Shown: positions 1 through 10,470, counted from the first letter of the stretch. The stretch: 20,000 bases of DNA from Chiloscyllium plagiosum (GCF_004010195.1 NC_057718.1:6926898-6946897), one strand, 5' to 3'. Program-made: numbers and translations. Notes: generated by a model from the sequence alone, not told the origin.

Positions 1-532
1 TATAAGACTTTAGTTAGACTACACTTAGAGCATTGAGTTCAATTCTGGTCGCCACATTACAGGAAGGATGTGGAGGCTTTGGAGAGGGTGCAGAAGGAGT
101 TTACCAGGATGCTGCCTGGATTAGAGGTTATGAGCTGTCAGGAGAGGCTGGGCGAACTTGGGTTGTTTTCTCTGGAGCAGTGGAGACTGAGGGGAGACTT
201 GATAGAAGTCTACAAAATTATGAGATGCATACATAGGGTTGGTGGGCAGAATCATTTTCCCAGAGTTCTAATGTCGAAAACGAAGGGGCATGCATTTAAG
301 TGAGAGGGGGTAGATTCAAAGGAGACTTGGGATGGACGCATTTTACAGAGAATGGTAAGTGCCTGGAATGTGCTGCCAGGGGTGGTGGTAGAGGCAGGTA
401 TGATAGAGGCTTATCGAAAAGCACATAAATATGCAAGGAATGGAGGGATATGGATCAAGGACAGGCAGAAAGGATTTGTTTGATTTGGCCCCGAAGGGCC
501 CATAGGTATGCTGTACTGCTCTCGATTCTATG
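1..532 (+). mobile_element. CR1/HER1-type LINE, 3' fragment (ORF2 C-terminus and 3' UTR), degenerate
   Basis: Translates as YKTLVRLHLEH*VQFWSPHYRKDVEALERVQKEFTRMLPGL...LFSLEQWRLRGDLIEVYKIM, the typical CR1 ORF2 C-terminus, with an in-frame stop. Ends in a 'cccgaagggcc...gctgtactgctctcgattctatg' tail. Confidence 0.93.
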
Positions 533-700
533 TGCTGTAGATACACCCACAGTGCCCTTAGGGCGGGAATTTCTGGATTGTGACCCAGCAACACTGAAGG
601 AACTGTGATGCATTTCCAAGTCAAGGTGGTGAGGTGCTTGGAGGGGAAGGTGCAGGTAATTTCTATTGAAGTCACCAGAGAGTAGCGTGGATCTTGTAGC
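533..700 (-). mobile_element. CR1-group LINE family B, 3' fragment
   Basis: Reverse complement reads ttcccctccaagcacctcaccaccttgacttggaaatgcatcacagttccttcagtgttgctgggtcacaatcc. The same block recurs at about 8920, 12755 and 19250. Confidence 0.8.
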
Positions 701-779
701 TGCTCCTGAGAGCGTAGGTTTATTCTTAGATTTACTTCTAAATTTCATACATCATTACACTTACATGAATAAGATACAT

Positions 780-896
780 TTGGAATAATATGGGCCAAGC
801 GCAGGCAAATGACACTAGTTTAGTTTGGGATTATGGTCGGCATGGACTAGTTAGACTGAAGGATCTGTTTCCGTGCGAAGTGACTCTATGACTATG
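780..896 (+). mobile_element. CR1/HER1 3' tail fragment
   Basis: atatgggccaagcgcaggcaaat...ggtcggcatggactagttagactgaaggatctgtttccgtgc...gactctatgactatg matches the reverse complement of the tails at 7556 and 19878. Confidence 0.8.
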
Positions 897-1250
897 AAAG
901 CAGAATTGGATTTTATGCTATTGTGCAAACTCTGAACGACCCTCATCAGATTTTGAAATGAACTCAGATTGGAAGTCGCCTTTCGGGGTTACTAAAAGGC
1001 ACCAGATGTCTCCTTTTCCCAAAGGAGAAAACTAAAAGGTAAAAGTAAAGAACAGTCTAAGGATAATTGAAATTGGACAATAGACAAAGTGAAGAAATTC
1101 CAATGACACAAGTGTGGACGAGATGCTAATGTAAAGCGAAAGAGTCTACAGTATAGCACATGCAATTGATCCTTCTCTCTCCCTCTGTTTTACTGACACC
1201 ACTCACACATAAGATAGACTGTCCAAATGTGAAAATGCTTTTGGATCTAG

Positions 1251-1325
1251 ACCAGAATAGTGCAGATGCTGGACTTCCATAACAGAGAACAGCAAATCCT
1301 GTCAACAGCTCAGGTTGACTCTGTG
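1251..1325 (+). CDS. Candidate internal exon of unnamed host gene (TRIVQMLDFHNREQQILSTAQVDSV)
   Basis: Acceptor tgcttttggatctAG, donor GTgagg, 75 nt open in phase 0-0, in non-repetitive sequence. Its phase link to the next candidate exon is unresolved. Confidence 0.35.
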
Positions 1326-1639
1326 GTGAGGGCACAGTAATAGGTTTCACCTTCTGTCAGTCGCTCTCGCCAAAGGGTCCACACTTGCATCTTTAACCCC
1401 TCTGCCCTCTCCACCCAAGTTGCCTGACCTACTAAGTGTTTCAGTTAATTAACAGTTTTAATTTATTATCAGAGGCTCGTTGGAGTAAATGTAAGTTTAC
1501 AGCATTTCCACTGGAAATGCAAATTTTTGACAAAAGACCAGATGGGGGCAGGGAAGGATAGTGTTGTTTGTTGTTATCTGGAATATACTACCTGAATGAG
1601 AACAGATTCAATGATAAATTTCTAAAAGACATTTGATGT

Positions 1640-2097
1640 GGGGCGTGATGGTTCAGTGGTGCTACCACTAGATGACTAACCCAGAGACTCAACTAAAAAG
1701 GGACCTGTCTTTGAATCCTGCCATAGTAGATGGTGGAATTTGAATTCAAATTTGAAAAACATCTCAAATTAAGAATCTACTAATGGCCATAAACTCATTG
1801 CTGATGTCTGTCTCACTCATGTCCTTCAGGGAAAGAAATCTACTGTGCTCACCTGGCCTGGCCTACAAGTGACTCCAGACCCAGAGCAATGTGGTTGACT
1901 CTAAATTGCCTTCCGAAATGGTTGGGCAATTTGTACCAATTGCTACAAAGTTTCATTGTGAATCAAACCTATAGCAGGTGGACTGCAGCGGTTCAAGAAG
2001 GCAGCTCATCACCACCTTCTCAAGGGCAACTAGGGAGGGGCAATAAATGCCAGGCCAGTCAGAGACATCCACTTCCCACAAAATGAATTTTAAAAAT
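1640..2097 (+). mobile_element. SacSINE1-like tRNA-derived Deu-SINE with LINE-derived tail
   Basis: tRNA-like head (gggcgtgatggttcagtggt...gaatcctgccatag), Deu-type core (atgtccttcagggaaagaaatctactgtgctcacctggcctggcctacaagtgactccagaccc) and tail (ggactgcagcggttcaagaaggcagctc...caataaatgc). Confidence 0.85.
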
Positions 2098-2111
2098 TGA
2101 TGAATTCAATG

Positions 2112-2255
2112 AAACTGCCATCATTACCCAGTCCTGCCTCCATGTGTCTCAGAGCCACAACAATGTGGTTGACTCTCAATTGTCCTCTGGACAATTCAGG
2201 ATGGACAATAAATGATGGCCTAACCAGAGGTACCCACGTCCTGCGAACAAATATA
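2112..2255 (+). mobile_element. 5'-truncated SacSINE1-like fragment
   Basis: aaactgccatcattacccagtcctgcctccatgtgtctcagagccacaacaatgtggttgactctcaattgtcctctg repeats the core and tail of the adjacent copy. Confidence 0.75.
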
Positions 2256-2319
2256 ATCTATGAATTATCAAGGAATTGAGGCTAAATCTAGACTTTGATA
2301 AAGAACAGTGCAATGGGAC

Positions 2320-2635
2320 AGTGGCTTGAAAGATGGGCCAAGTGGTCTTCTTCTGTGGGAGGGCCTAAAAGTGATCACCATCTTGGGATAAGTGATTTAG
2401 GACTGAGATGAGGAAAAATAACTTCTCTCTAAGAAGCACTGGAATTTTCTGCACCAACAAATTGTAGATTTAAGAGCAAGGTCATTTGATTTTGGTCAGT
2501 CAGGACGTAGGAAATATGGAATGGGTATAAGGTGGGAAAGTGGGGTAAAAGAATCAGACCAGCCATGATTTTCTTGAATGGTGGAACAGGATAAAAGTGT
2601 TGTGTGCTTTCTTCTACTCCTGGTTCTTATGTAAG
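2320..2635 (+). mobile_element. Old CR1 LINE 3' fragments
   Basis: gatttaggactgagatgaggaaaaataacttctctc and atcagaccagccatgattttcttgaatggtggaacagg...tctactcctggttcttatgt are CR1 ORF2-end and 3' UTR motifs. Confidence 0.7.
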
Positions 2636-2740
2636 ACTGTTTGAAAATCCCCTGGGATATGAGCAGCACTGTGATATTGCACACAATATCATCTGCCCAG
2701 CTCCATTCACACCATTCCAAATATACCCTGTTGTGATCAG

Positions 2741-2799
2741 GGAACTTAAGCAACTCATGTCTAATGAAGCAACTGCTGTGGCATGGAGGACAAAAGAAG
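2741..2799 (+). CDS. Candidate internal exon of unnamed host gene (ELKQLMSNEATAVAWRTKE)
   Basis: Acceptor ccctgttgtgatcAG, donor AAG|GTgacc, phase 2-1, unique sequence, helical protein-like peptide. Confidence 0.45.
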
Positions 2800-2892
2800 G
2801 TGACCCCAAATATTTCACTTTTATCTGCTCAGTGGTAGGTTTAGGAATTGCGACAAAGGAGCATGAATCCAGAGGCAGTCCTGCTGTCCTTG

Positions 2893-3400
2893 TTTGATTT
2901 GATATGATTTGATTTATTATTGTCACATGTACCTAAGTACAGTGAAAAGTATTGCTTTACGTGCAGTACAGGCAGATCATACCATACAAAGTGTATGAGG
3001 GTCATAGAACAGAGCGAGGAATACAATGTTGTGGCTGCAGAGAAGGTGCACAGAGAGCAAGATCAACATTAAATTTACACTTTGGGAGGTTCATTCAGAA
3101 GCTTAATAACAGCAGGGAGGAAGCTGTTCTTGAATCTGTTGGTGCATGTTTTCAAATATCTGGATCTTTCCCAATGGAAGAGGGTGGAAGAGAGTAAACC
3201 CTGGGTGGGAGGGGTCTTTGATGATGTTGGCTGCTCACCTGAGACAGTGGGAAGTGTAGATGGAGTCAATGAATGGAAGGTCAGTTTGTGTGATGGACTG
3301 GGCTATGTTCATGACTCTCTGTAGTTTCTTGCTGTCTTAAAAAGAGCACTTGCCGTACCACACTGTGATGTGTCCGGATAGGCTGCTTTATATAGTGCAC
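2893..3400 (-). mobile_element. Rex1/Babar-clade LINE, 3' fragment
   Basis: Minus-strand peptide ...RYLKTCTNRFKNSFLPAVIKLLN is a Rex1-type ORF C-terminus. The 3' tail is (ATCAA)n, seen as tttgatttgatatgatttgattt on the + strand. Confidence 0.85.
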
Positions 3401-3524
3401 CATAGAATGATCAGATTATACTGGGCAGGTGACAAAACCTGGTGGTGCTGCTGTCTGTAGTCAGCACGTGTTTCCCATCCTCTATTACCTTTCAACTGAG
3501 AGATTTTCTCTTCCACTTCACTGG

Positions 3525-3783
3525 GTAGTTAAGAATAAGCTGCCTTGCTGTTGGTCTGGAGTCACATGTAGGCCAGACCAGGTATGAACAGTAGGGTTTC
3601 CTTCCCTAATATCAGTGAGCTTGTTAGGTCAAGTGCTGGTACTGTTTCACAGTCACCATCACTGAGGCTACATCCCAATTCCAGGTTGTATTCATTGGTT
3701 TTAAATGCTGCCATGGCTTGTATCCACAGAGGCATTATCCTGGGATTCTGGATGACTAGTCCACTAAGCCTTCAACTCCTCCC
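3525..3783 (-). mobile_element. SacSINE1-like Deu-SINE, degenerate
   Basis: ggtctggagtcacatgtaggccagaccaggta...ttccttccctaa is the reverse complement of the Deu core; a head-like sequence lies at 3740-3783. Confidence 0.75.
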
Positions 3784-4219
3784 TGAACAGAAGCTGATAA
3801 CTTGGCCGAGGAGAGAGTTATGAATGAATAGCATGCAGAAGCTGGTCAGATGCCCTCCACCCTACCAGCTGTTGCCCCTTTCCCTTCTACGCATCAGTTC
3901 TGGCATTAATTCAATTGCAACTGACCTGCCTCCCAACTCCATCTATCTTTCTTAGTTTAATCAGTCACCATGAAATCTTTCCCCAGGAAAAGTCTATTGA
4001 CCTCCATCTTTCAAATTTCAACTCCAACCCCGACTCTTTTTTGGGAAACAGTATCTGACTTACTTCATGTTTAACCATGGGTCTGATTGAAAATTGCAAA
4101 AATCTTCTCTGTCTTGCTTTTTCTCTCCAATGTCTCCCTTACCTCTCTTCCCCCACTTTCTCTCTTCCTTGAATTCTTCTAACTTCTCCTCTCTTCCCAA
4201 TTTCTTTTCCTTTCCCTAG

Positions 4220-4247
4220 GCAAGAGTTAAAATAGATCCAGAACATA
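4220..4247 (+). CDS. Candidate 28-nt microexon (ARVKIDPEH)
   Basis: Follows a ~110-nt polypyrimidine tract ending tttccctAG. Donor is GTaagc. Only the phase 0-1 frame is open, which fits the phase-1 start at 5384. Confidence 0.5.
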
Positions 4248-4267
4248 GTAAGCTAAAAATATAACAT

Positions 4268-4890
4268 GGGGAGGCGATGGCACAGTGATGTTATCATTGG
4301 GCTGTTAATCCAGAGACCCAGGTTCAGCTCCTGCCATGGCAGATGTTGGAATTTGAATTCAATAAACATCTGGAATTAGGAGTCTGCTGATGACCCTGAG
4401 TCAATTGTCAGAAAAACTCATCTAGGTCACTAATGTCCTTTAGGGAAGGAAACTGCCATCCTTGCCTGGCCTGGCCTACATGTGACTCCAGACCCACAGC
4501 AATGGGGTTGCACAGTGGCTTAGTGGTTAGCACTGCTGCCTCACAGCACCAGGGACCTGGGTTCAGTTCTTACCTGGGGCAACTGTCTGTGTGGAGTTTG
4601 CACATTCTCCCTGTATCTGCGTGGGTTTCTTCTGGTTTCCTCCCACAGTCCAAAGATATGCAGGTTAGGTGAATTGGCCATGTTAGATTGCCCGTAGTGT
4701 TAGGTGCACTAGTCAGGGGTAAAATGTAGGGGAATGGGTCTGGGTGGGTTGCTCTTCAGAGGGTCGGTGTCGACTGGTTGGGTCGAAGGGCCTGTTTCCA
4801 CACTCTTGGCAATCTAATCTAATCTAAACTGCCTGCTGGGTAATAAATGCTGACCTAGCCCAAGAAGTCCACATCCCCTGAATGATTAAA
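4268..4890 (+). mobile_element. SacSINE1-like Deu-SINE interrupted by an HE1 SINE
   Basis: Head gggaggcgatggcacagtgatg and Deu core run to cccacagcaatg (4504). The tail resumes at about 4827 (aactgcctgctgggtaataaatgctgacctagcc...cacatcccctgaatgattaaaa). Confidence 0.88.
4505..4826 (+). mobile_element. HE1 SINE (V-SINE), near full length
   Basis: tRNA head cacagtggcttagtggttagcactgctgcctcacagc, V-domain gtgtggagtttgcacattctccctgtatctgcgtgggtttc, HER1-like tail gaagggcctgtttccacact, then (AATCT)n. Confidence 0.93.
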
Positions 4891-5383
4891 AGACAATAAT
4901 CCCCCACAACCTGACAAACCCTCAGATCTGGCGATGAAAGTGTCAATGTCAGGTCAGTTTCACAAAAAAACAGTGATTATTGTGTGGAGAGATTATAGCC
5001 AATGTACAGGAAGGAACTGCCAGAAAGTCAAAAATGATTGCAGTGAGACAGAAACCAAACCTGAAAGGAAAAACAGAATTACAAGGAGACACTAAATATG
5101 ATTCATTCCCTCTGAATTTCTAAGCTACTTGTTTTGATTGCAAATTAAACTTTGAAAAACCCACCTACAATTTATGGAAAGATGTTTTGCTTGGATCTGA
5201 AATTTTTTTTGGATCTAAATATGAATTGAAAATATTTTATTGAGTTATTTTGCAAGGCTTAAATCCTTTGTTTGAATCCAACCTCATTTGGGAAAGTACT
5301 TGAATGGAAAAGATTGACGAAGAATGTGGAAAGCATTGGGTTTAATGAAAGTGCTGCTATTTTGAGGTGGGATTTCTTTGCAG

Positions 5384-5454
5384 AGTGGAAGAATTTTAAT
5401 GGGATGTTGTTTAACAAATCAAAGAAGTGGAAATATTTGACTGTGGAGGAGGAG
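5384..5454 (+). CDS. Candidate internal exon (WKNFNGMLFNKSKKWKYLTVEEE)
   Basis: Acceptor gatttctttgcAG, donor GAG|GTtagt, 71 nt. Only the phase 1-0 frame is open. Confidence 0.55.
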
Positions 5455-5500
5455 GTTAGTAAATGTTACACTTGAACAAGAAATCCTCACTGGAACAATG

Positions 5501-5696
5501 TTGAAAAGTGTGGTGCTGGAAAAACACAGCAGGCCAAGCAGCATCCGAGGAGCAGGAGAATCGACGTTTCGGGCATAAGCTCCTCGGATGCTAAATACAT
5601 CGATTCTCCTGCTCCTCGGATGCTGCTTGGCCTGCTGTGTTTTTCCAGCACCACACTTTTCAACTCTGGTCTCCAGCATCTGCAGTCCTCACTTTC
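5501..5696. mobile_element. Penelope-derived fold-back mini-element with target-site duplication
   Basis: Inverted arms ttgaaaagtgtggtgctggaaaaacacagcaggccaagcagcatccgaggagcaggagaatcga and its reverse complement. Flanked by tcctcactgga(a/t)caatg at 5484-5500 and 5697-5713. Confidence 0.85.
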
Positions 5697-5713
5697 TCCT
5701 CACTGGATCAATG

Positions 5714-6056
5714 ACAGAGTGGATGTTGGGAAGATGTTTCTACTGGTGGGAGAGACTAGGACCCGAGGACACAGCCTTAGAATAAAGGGAAGACCTTTCA
5801 GAACAGAGATAAGGAGAAACTTCTTCAGCCAGAGAGCAATGGATCTATGGAATTCATTGCCACAGAAGGCTGTGGAGGCCAGGTTATTGAGAAATTTTCA
5901 GATGGAGGTAGATAGGTTCTTGATTGTAAAGGGTATCAAGTGTTACAGGGAGAAAGCAGGAGAATGGGGTTGAGAAGCTTATCTGCCATGATTGAATGGC
6001 AGAGCAGACTTGATGGACCGAGTGGCATAATTTCTGCTCTTATGTCTTATGGTCTT
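5714..6056 (+). mobile_element. CR1 LINE 3' fragment
   Basis: Peptide DRVDVGKMFLLVGETRTRGHSLRIKGRPFRTEIRRNFFSQRAMDLWNSLPQKAVEA, followed by a CR1 3' UTR. Confidence 0.92.
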
Positions 6057-6424
6057 GTCTTATAAGGAAGTGCATTGGACCAGTTGTTATGTGAATGAGT
6101 TGCACAGGAGAGAAAGTTGGGTTGATTGACATTTGAAATTTCATTGAGTCAAGGACTTTAACGCTGACCCCACGAGGTCACAGAGAGGTCAACATTCCTG
6201 AGCCCACCTTTCCAAAAGAGGGGTGAAGGAAACTCCAGAGGAACATCCCATAGACATTTGTTTTCAAGTTCTGCGCCAGCTCATCAAATCCCAGTGAGAT
6301 TCTTTTACTTAGGGCCTTAAGATAGATTTTGGAATTCTTTAAGAAACTGGAACTTGAAAGAGCAAAATGCTGAGGCAATTGGAAAAATATCTTGGAATTT
6401 CCTCCCTGAGGACATTGTGGATCT

Positions 6425-6707
6425 ACCTACAGTGTGGAAGCAGGCCATTCGGCCCATCATGACCACATCAATCCTCCAAACAGCCACCCTGCCTACCCAA
6501 TCCCTGTAACCCCATGTCTTCCACTGTCAATCCACTTAACCTGCACATCGTTGGACGGTGGGTGAAAGTTGGAGCACCAGGAGGAAACCCACGTGGATAG
6601 AGAGAGAATGCGCAAACTCCACACAGTGGGTCGCCCGAGGCTAGAATCAAACTCAGTCCCTGGCGCTGTGAGGTAGCAGTGTTAACCACTGAGCCACCAT
6701 ACCACCC
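6425..6707 (-). mobile_element. HE1 SINE nested in a LINE family B tail (about 6395-6810)
   Basis: Reverse complement of the HE1 head and V-domain (gcaaactccacacag...ctgtgaggtagcagtgttaaccactgagccacc). The flanks join into ggaatttcctccctgaggacattgtggatctacc|...cagcagttcaagaaggcagc. Confidence 0.88.
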
Positions 6708-7155
6708 TGCATGTGAAGGCCAGCAGTTCAAGAAGGCAGCTTACCACCACTAGGGATGGGCAATAAACGCTGGCCCAGCCAGTGACGCACACATCCCATA
6801 AGTGAGTAAAACATAAGCTCTAAATGATTCTTCTGACAGGAAAGACAGAATCTTAATTTAAAATCAATTCAGAAGGGCACCTTAGTGCTCTCTCTGTAAT
6901 GCAAATATGTCAGCTTAGGTTAGATGTGATTAAATATCTGTGGTGGGGCTTGAATGAAGGTTTATTGGAGATGGGTTGTGTAAAAGGCACTGGATTCAAT
7001 CAGCCACATTGTTATTGAATGGTGGGGCAGGCTCGATGGACTAAATGGCCTACTTCTGTTCCTACATTCCAGTGAACCCATAACCTTTTATTGTTGATAT
7101 ACTAATGCAACCCATTGAACCAGCCGCCATCACATGTCAACTCATTTTCATACAG

Positions 7156-7182
7156 CATCTTCACTGTGGAAACCATCACAAG
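7156..7182 (+). CDS. Candidate 27-nt microexon (IFTVETIT)
   Basis: Acceptor ctcattttcatacAG, donor AAG|GTatct. The phase 2-2 reading joins in frame with the exon at 8770. Confidence 0.45.
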
Positions 7183-7247
7183 GTATCTCACATTGGGGGA
7201 GGAAGAGGACAGATGAAGGGTCGCTTGACTCAAAAAGACCAGAAGGG

Positions 7248-8376
7248 CATAAGATGTAGGAACAGAATTAAGTCATTCAGATCATCCAACTTGCCCCACC
7301 ATTCAATCATGGCTGACATATTTCTCAATCCCATTCTCCTGCCTTTTCCTCGTAATGCTTAATCCCTTCACTAATCAAGAATCTACCTATCTCTGTCTTA
7401 AACACACTCAAAGATTTTGCCTCTTCGGTCTTCTATGGTATTTGAGTTCCATGGAATCTCTTGCTGAAGAAATCCCTCCTCATCTCAAGGGTTTTAAAGG
7501 GTTATCCTTCACTCTGAGGCTGTTCCCTTGGGTTCCAGTCTCTTCTACCATACAGTGATAGAGTCATAGAGATGTAAAGCACGGAAACAGACCCTTCAGT
7601 CTAACTTGTCCATGACGACCAGATATCTCAACCCAATCTAGTCCCACCTGCCAGCACCCAGCCCATATCCCTCTAAACCCTTCCTATTCATATACCCATT
7701 CAGATGCCTTTTAAATATTGCAATTGTACTAGCCTCCACCACTTCCTCTGGCAGCGCATTCCATACACGTACCACCCTCTGTGTGAAAAGGTTGCCCCTT
7801 GGGTCTCTTTTATATCTTTCCCTCTCACCCTAAACCTGTGCCCCAGTACTGGACTCCCCCACCCCAGGGAAAATACCTTGTCTATTTACCCTATCCATGT
7901 CCCTCATTATTTTATAAACCTCTATAAGTCCACCCCTCTGCCTCCGATGCTCCAGGAAAAACATCCCTAGCCTATTCAACCTCTTCTTACAGCTCAAATC
8001 TTCGAACCCTGGCAACATCCTTGCAAATCTTTTCTGAACCCTTTCAAGTTTCACAACATCTTTCCAATAGAAAGGAGACCAGAATTGCACGCAATATTCC
8101 AACAGTGGCCTCACCAATGTCCTGTGCAGCCGCAACATGACCTCCCAACTCCTGTACTCAATACTCTGACCAATAAAGGAAAGCATACCAAACGCCTTCT
8201 TCACTATCCTATCTACCTGTGATTCTCTGTGTCCACAATATCCAGGCCCTTTCAGTATTCTGTAAGTTTTAATCAGATCCCACTCATCCTTCTGAACTCC
8301 GAGTACAGACCCAGAATCCTTAACTGCTCCTCATGAGAAGCCCTTCATCTCTGGGATCACTCTTGTAAACTCCTCT
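7248..8376 (-). mobile_element. Older CR1 LINE 3' fragment (7248-7552 and 8222-8376) split by a younger CR1
   Basis: CR1 3' UTR reverse complement (cattcaatcatggctgacatatttctcaatccc) and ORF2 end. It continues after 8222 (ctttcagtattctgtaagttttaatcagatccc). Confidence 0.8.
7556..8221 (-). mobile_element. CR1/HER1 LINE 3' fragment (younger)
   Basis: ORF 7830-8204 (-) reads KKAFGMLSFIGQSIEYRSWEVMLRLHRTLVRPLLEYCVQFWSP...LIEVYKIM, followed by the tail ctctatgactctatc. Confidence 0.95.
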
Positions 8377-8434
8377 GGTTTTCTTGTCCCAATTCTTTCT
8401 TTGAAGCCTTCTAGGTTTTTCTGACTTTTCCCAC

Positions 8435-8492
8435 AGAGAGAGAGAGAGAGAAAGGGTGGTGGGAACAGAGAGGGAGAGAGAGAAAGAGAGAG
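8435..8492. repeat. Interrupted (GA)n microsatellite
   Basis: agagagagagagagagaaa...gagagggagagagagaaagagagaga. Confidence 0.9.
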
Positions 8493-8769
8493 ATGCTTTC
8501 TGTCTGCAGTCTCTGGATATATCTTCTCTTCAACTGCTCTTGGAAGATAAAACTTTTTAATGTTCTGCAGCTCAAATAATCAGAGCACTGCTAATAGGTG
8601 GAATTTCTTTAAATCAAGATTTTCAGCACTGCTCAATCTCAAAATCTCTTTCTTACTTTTACAAAAAAGCAATGTTTTATCAAATAGCATATTAAGCACT
8701 TGTTTCTTTTAAATTATAAAACTCTCCTGATCAAAAATTTCAAATCATGCAACCTAGCTTCCATTTCAG

Positions 8770-8826
8770 TTTATGGTACCACAACAGAAACTATGATGTC
8801 TTTTACGTCATTAATACTGCTTCCAG
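8770..8826 (+). CDS. Candidate internal exon (LWYHNRNYDVFYVINTAS)
   Basis: Acceptor cttccatttcAG, donor CAG|GTtaag, 57 nt, phase 2-2, open. Confidence 0.6.
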
Positions 8827-8849
8827 GTTAAGCAAATCCAGCTCACATG

Positions 8850-9160
8850 GTCAAGCTCACATAACTACTGCCACTTAGAAGGATAAGGTAACAAATACAT
8901 AGGAATGCCACCTCATGCAAGTTCCCCTCCAAGCCACTCACCATCCTGACTTGGAAATATATCACCGTTCCTTCAGTGTCACAGGGTCAAAATCCTGAAA
9001 TTCCCTCCTGAACATCATTCTGGGTCACCTCCAGCACATGGACTGCAGTCGTTCAAGAAGGCAGCTCACTACCACCTTCTCAAAGGGTAACTAGGGACGG
9101 GCAATAAATGCTGGCCCAGGCAGCGATGCCCACATTTGTGAATAGATATTAAATAAAATA
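8850..9160 (+). mobile_element. CR1-group LINE family B 3' end
   Basis: gcaagttcccctccaagccactcaccatcctgacttggaaatatatcaccgttccttcagtg...ggactgcagtcgttcaagaaggcagctc...caataaatgctggccc. Confidence 0.88.
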
Positions 9161-9204
9161 CTTTTTATTATTATTCACAAGTTTCTATTAATCACTGGAC
9201 AAAC

Positions 9205-9478
9205 CTGTGTGGAGTTTGTACCTTGTCCCTGTGTCTGCGTGAGTTTCCTCCGGGTGCTCCAGTTGCCTCCCACAGTCCAAAGATGTGCAGGTCAGGGTGG
9301 ATGGGCTGTGGGAAATTGCCCATAGTGTTCAAAGATGTAGAGGCTGGGTGGTTTGGCCATGGGGAATGCAAGGTTTCAGGGATGGGATCCGGGAGTGGGT
9401 CAGGGTGGGATGCTCTTCAGAAGTTGGTCTGGATTCAATGGGCCAATGGCCTGCTTTCACAGTGTAAGGATTCTATGA
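9205..9478 (+). mobile_element. 5'-truncated HE1 SINE
   Basis: V-domain ctgtgtggagtttgtaccttgtccctgtgtctgcgtgagtttcctccgggtgctcc and tail ggccaatggcctgctttcacagtgtaaggattctatg. Confidence 0.88.
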
Positions 9479-9634
9479 ATTGGTGCAACTCCTACAAAAC
9501 TTTTTGAATGTATGCTTCCATATTTTCAACACATTTTATAGTAAATAAAAAATGTTCCTTACTGCTATTGCACAATATGGTGAAAGAAATTAAGACCAAA
9601 AGATGCGAAGCACCCTGAAAGAGATCTGAGAGAC

Positions 9635-9665
<31 letters not shown>

Positions 9666-9678
9666 GGGGTGGGGGGGG
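9635..9678. repeat. (TG)n microsatellite followed by G-runs
   Basis: tgtgtg...tgtga gggggg t gggggggg. Confidence 0.95.
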
Positions 9679-9895
9679 TTAAGAGCCAGAACATAGAGAC
9701 TGTGCTGATATCTAAGCATTGGACAGGAGACAGGATTTCCGATCTGTGCTCTGATTGCCACATTTCTCAATCGCCGTGTTTGACTCAGTTATTCCCTTTC
9801 TTATTTGACCTCATCCTGACCTCTCCAAAAGGTGGGATGAGGCCCAAGCTCAGAGAAGGGGCAACAAAGCAACATTTAGTGTTTAACTATTTCAG

Positions 9896-10000
9896 GAAGA
9901 GCCTTGAGAATGCACAGAGGAGGCTGCTCAGGAACATAGTGCGGGGAAGCATTGAGTTGGCAGATTCAAGAGAAAACCTGATGGATATTTGGCAGAACAA
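9896..10000 (+). CDS. Candidate internal exon (KSLENAQRRLLRNIVRGSIELADSRENLMDIWQN)
   Basis: Acceptor tttaactatttcAG, donor AA|GTgcgt, 105 nt. Only the phase 2-2 frame is open; it lies within ORF 9636-10103. Confidence 0.65.
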
Positions 10001-10209
10001 GTGCGTAAGAGCTACGGTAGCTTATAGTAATTTTCAAACTTTGAGATTGACCAGATGCAACGGCAACTGTCTCATCTCCTTTCACAGGATTCCTTTGCTT
10101 TAAGTTCCCCCAGTCCTGCCTCTGCTGATGAAATTCTGTCCGGCCTAGCTGCCAGGGCAGGTCATGGCCAAAGGCACAAAGGGAGAGAAGTGACCAAATT
10201 GTCAAAGTT

Positions 10210-10330
10210 CACAAAAACTGAAAGAATTGTGGATGCTGTAAATCAGACAGAAAATAAAAATTGCTGGAAATGCTCAGCAGGTCTGAAAGCATCTGTGGAG
10301 AGAAATCAGAGGTAACCCTTCCTCAGAACC
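10210..10330 (-). mobile_element. Old Penelope-like terminal fragment (another family), internally deleted
   Basis: gatgctgtaaatcag...attgctggaaatgctcagcaggtctgaaagcatctgtggagagaaa...cccttcctcagaac. The reverse complement retains a partial hammerhead-like CTGAGGAAGGG. Confidence 0.6.
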
Positions 10331-10470
10331 CCAATTGTTAATGGTCACGACGGGAGACTCATTGAAAAGCTATGGGAAGGTGGGTCTCCTTGACTTTTGA
10401 CATGGTGGCAGTAATCTGTGAGAAGGGTATAGAAAGGTGAGAGGTCATATTCTGATGCCATCCAGTTAGC

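Noticed and set aside
4505..4580. tRNA gene
   Set aside because: A tRNA-derived HE1 SINE head that continues into the V-domain; the same applies at 10471, 13238 and 13579.
6840..6895. Phase 0-2 exon that would bridge 5454 and 7156 (ERQNLNLKSIQKGTLVLS)
   Set aside because: The donor is weak (CT|GTaatg) and the 3' part looks like a decayed old SINE, so it is not supportable without transcripts.
7830..8204. 124-aa ORF as a host gene
   Set aside because: It is the CR1 ORF2 C-terminus within a 5'-truncated LINE.
9664..9678. G-quadruplex regulatory element
   Set aside because: Only two G-runs next to a microsatellite, with no other evidence of function.
9636..10103. Longest ORF (155 aa) as a single-exon gene
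   Set aside because: It starts in a (TG)n microsatellite at a non-ATG codon; only 9896-10000 has exon signals.
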